Shown in pieces: positions 62,910 through 64,000 of a stretch of 64,000 bases of DNA (its first letter is position 1; every line of letters begins with the position of its first letter). Origin of the DNA: Thermomicrobiales bacterium (lineage in GTDB: Bacteria; Chloroflexota; Chloroflexia; Thermomicrobiales; UBA6265); NCBI GenBank assembly GCA_023957115.1, contig JAMLHN010000004.1:21551-85550 (forward strand), written 5' to 3'. The notes under the pieces were generated by a model. That model saw only the letters and a list, made by a program, of their open reading frames with translations. It was not told where the DNA came from and did not search any database. Made by a program: the position numbers and the translations under genes.

Positions 62910-64000
62910 GTGAGTTCGTTTCCCTACGCTGAAACCGCTCGTCCGGCCCTGACTCGCCGTACGTTGCTCAAATGCGCATCGGCACTCGGTTTTTCCGCCG
63001 CACTCCTGCCCAATGCCGTCGCAACTGTGCGAGCCGCCGAGCAGGAGCTGACGATCGGTCTCTCAATCGATCCAGGGGGAACCGTCGACCCACGCTATCT
63101 CTATGATCTGACCAGCATCTCGACCGTGAGCGATGCCCTCTACGACGCCCTGGCCTGGCGATCCGAGACGGCTGAGATCCAGCCACTGCTGGCGGAGTCC
63201 TGGGAGTGGGCCGATCCACTCACATTGACAATCAAGCTGCGGCAGGGCGTGTCCTTCCCGAACGGTGAGCCGTTCGACGCCACGTCCGTCAAGGCGACCT
63301 TCGATAGCTACTACGATCCGGATACACAGGCGCCGGTGCGGAGTTTGCTGCCGGTTGGTGGGCATGTGGAAATCGTCGACGACTCCACGGTGAACTTCGT
63401 GCTGGAAGAGGCCTATCGTCCCCTCCCCACCCTGCTCCCGTGGTTCAAGATGCTGCCGGCTCAGGCTCTGGCCGACGGTCACAACCTCGCCACCTCGCCG
63501 ATCGGCACCGGCCGGTATACCCTCAAGGAATATCTCCCCAGCGAGCAATTGGTGCTCGAGAAGAATCCCGACTACTGGGGCGATCTCCCGCTACTCGACC
63601 AGATCACCATTCGCTACTTCCCGGAAGACAGCACCCGCGTCGCGGCATTGCAGACCGGTGAGGTCTCCATGATCAACAACGCCCCGCCGGATCAGCTCGA
63701 GCTGGTCGAGAGCGATGCGAATCTCGAAGTCCGCATCGCGGACACGTTGCGGATTATGAATCTCACCATGCAATGCGACCAAGCACCGTTCGATTCCATT
63801 CCCGCACGGCAGGCCGTTTGCTACGCCATCGACCGCGACGCGCTGGTTTCGAGCATCCTGGGCGGCTACGGCACCGTCGCAAACTCGGTTCTGAGCCCCT
63901 TCGCCCTCACCTATCGCGACGACCTTCCCCCCTATACCTACGACCCGGACAAGGCACGATCCTTGCTCCAAGAAGCCGGAGTCGCTGAAGGCACGAAGAT
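62910..64000 (+). CDS. ABC transporter substrate-binding protein, family 5, Tat signal (3' end outside window)
   Basis: Not in the ORF track: GTG start and no stop before the edge. AAAGGAG 6 nt before GTG 62910. LTRRTLLKCASALGFSAALL leader; NPDYWGD, ARQAVCYAIDRD blocks. Confidence 0.85.
   Translation, partial: MSSFPYAETARPALTRRTLLKCASALGFSAALLPNAVATVRAAEQELTIGLSIDPGGTVDPRYLYDLTSISTVSDALYDALAWRSETAEIQPLLAESWEWADPLTLTIKLRQGVSFPNGEPFDATSVKATFDSYYDPDTQAPVRSLLPVGGHVEIVDDSTVNFVLEEAYRPLPTLLPWFKMLPAQALADGHNLATSPIGTGRYTLKEYLPSEQLVLEKNPDYWGDLPLLDQITIRYFPEDSTRVAALQTGEVSMINNAPPDQLELVESDANLEVRIADTLRIMNLTMQCDQAPFDSIPARQAVCYAIDRDALVSSILGGYGTVANSVLSPFALTYRDDLPPYTYDPDKARSLLQEAGVAEGTK

Overview
GC-rich (about 60-65% G+C by eye) bacterial chromosomal window with about 60 protein genes or pseudogenes. 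I can support no rRNA, tRNA or CRISPR array. All function calls come from reading motifs in the supplied translations; no search was run. The gene content (several LLM-type oxidoreductases, Uma2 endonucleases, PIN toxins, DsbA+VKOR, a near-leaderless promoter) hints at a Chloroflexota/Thermomicrobia-like or actinobacterial host. That is inference only.

Layout, left to right:
- 1-2.2 kb: secreted protein and a 5'-truncated cupin remnant.
- 2.2-6.2 kb: arsenic-resistance cluster. It holds an ArsR-SRPBCC fusion, a membrane-anchored cupin, acr3, an unknown 119-aa ORF coupled to arsC, and arsC.
- 6.2-16.9 kb: RpiR regulator, then a peptide ABC importer (2 permeases + SBP, no ATPase), M19 dipeptidase, AstE/AspA-like hydrolase, hyuA and a frameshifted hyuB.
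- 17-21.7 kb: aldo-keto reductase, lipase, secreted protein, DsbA-VKOR pair, small conserved protein.
- 21.8-31.4 kb: M81 (MlrC-like) peptidase and a PLP decarboxylase. These are divergent from IclR, a second ATPase-less family-5 ABC importer, an unknown alpha/alpha-repeat protein and an SDR epimerase.
- 31.5-37.7 kb: isochorismatase, Phd-VapC, LLM oxidoreductase, nitrilase, secreted beta-propeller, 4xSH3b protein.
- 38.2-47.7 kb: MFS transporter, MarR + ABC exporter, an LLM/orf101/PIN/AbrB co-directional set, SDR, two Uma2 paralogues (one with an in-frame TAA), M20 amidohydrolase.
- 48.2-53.2 kb: RNHCP protein, FCD regulator, MBL hydrolase, HTH-PIN pair, M50 protease.
- 53.6-64 kb: a third peptide locus (SBP, decayed IS4-like element, decayed class-V aminotransferase, M24 peptidase, 2 permeases, LLM, partial SBP).

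The signals least explained by ordinary annotation are non-coding:
- A family of 7-nt tandem repeats at six loci. It includes a perfect (GAGTCCT)x12 array and two places where inverted heptamer arrays bracket a 120-160 bp core.
- A dispersed ~29-nt motif, GAGAT[T/G]CTTC..CTCAG[A/C]ATGAC, present five times in one orientation with a compensatory base change.
- A hairpin-rich ~250-nt stretch ending in a strong intrinsic terminator upstream of the M50 protease.

I did not find a convincing multi-gene novel system such as a defence island.
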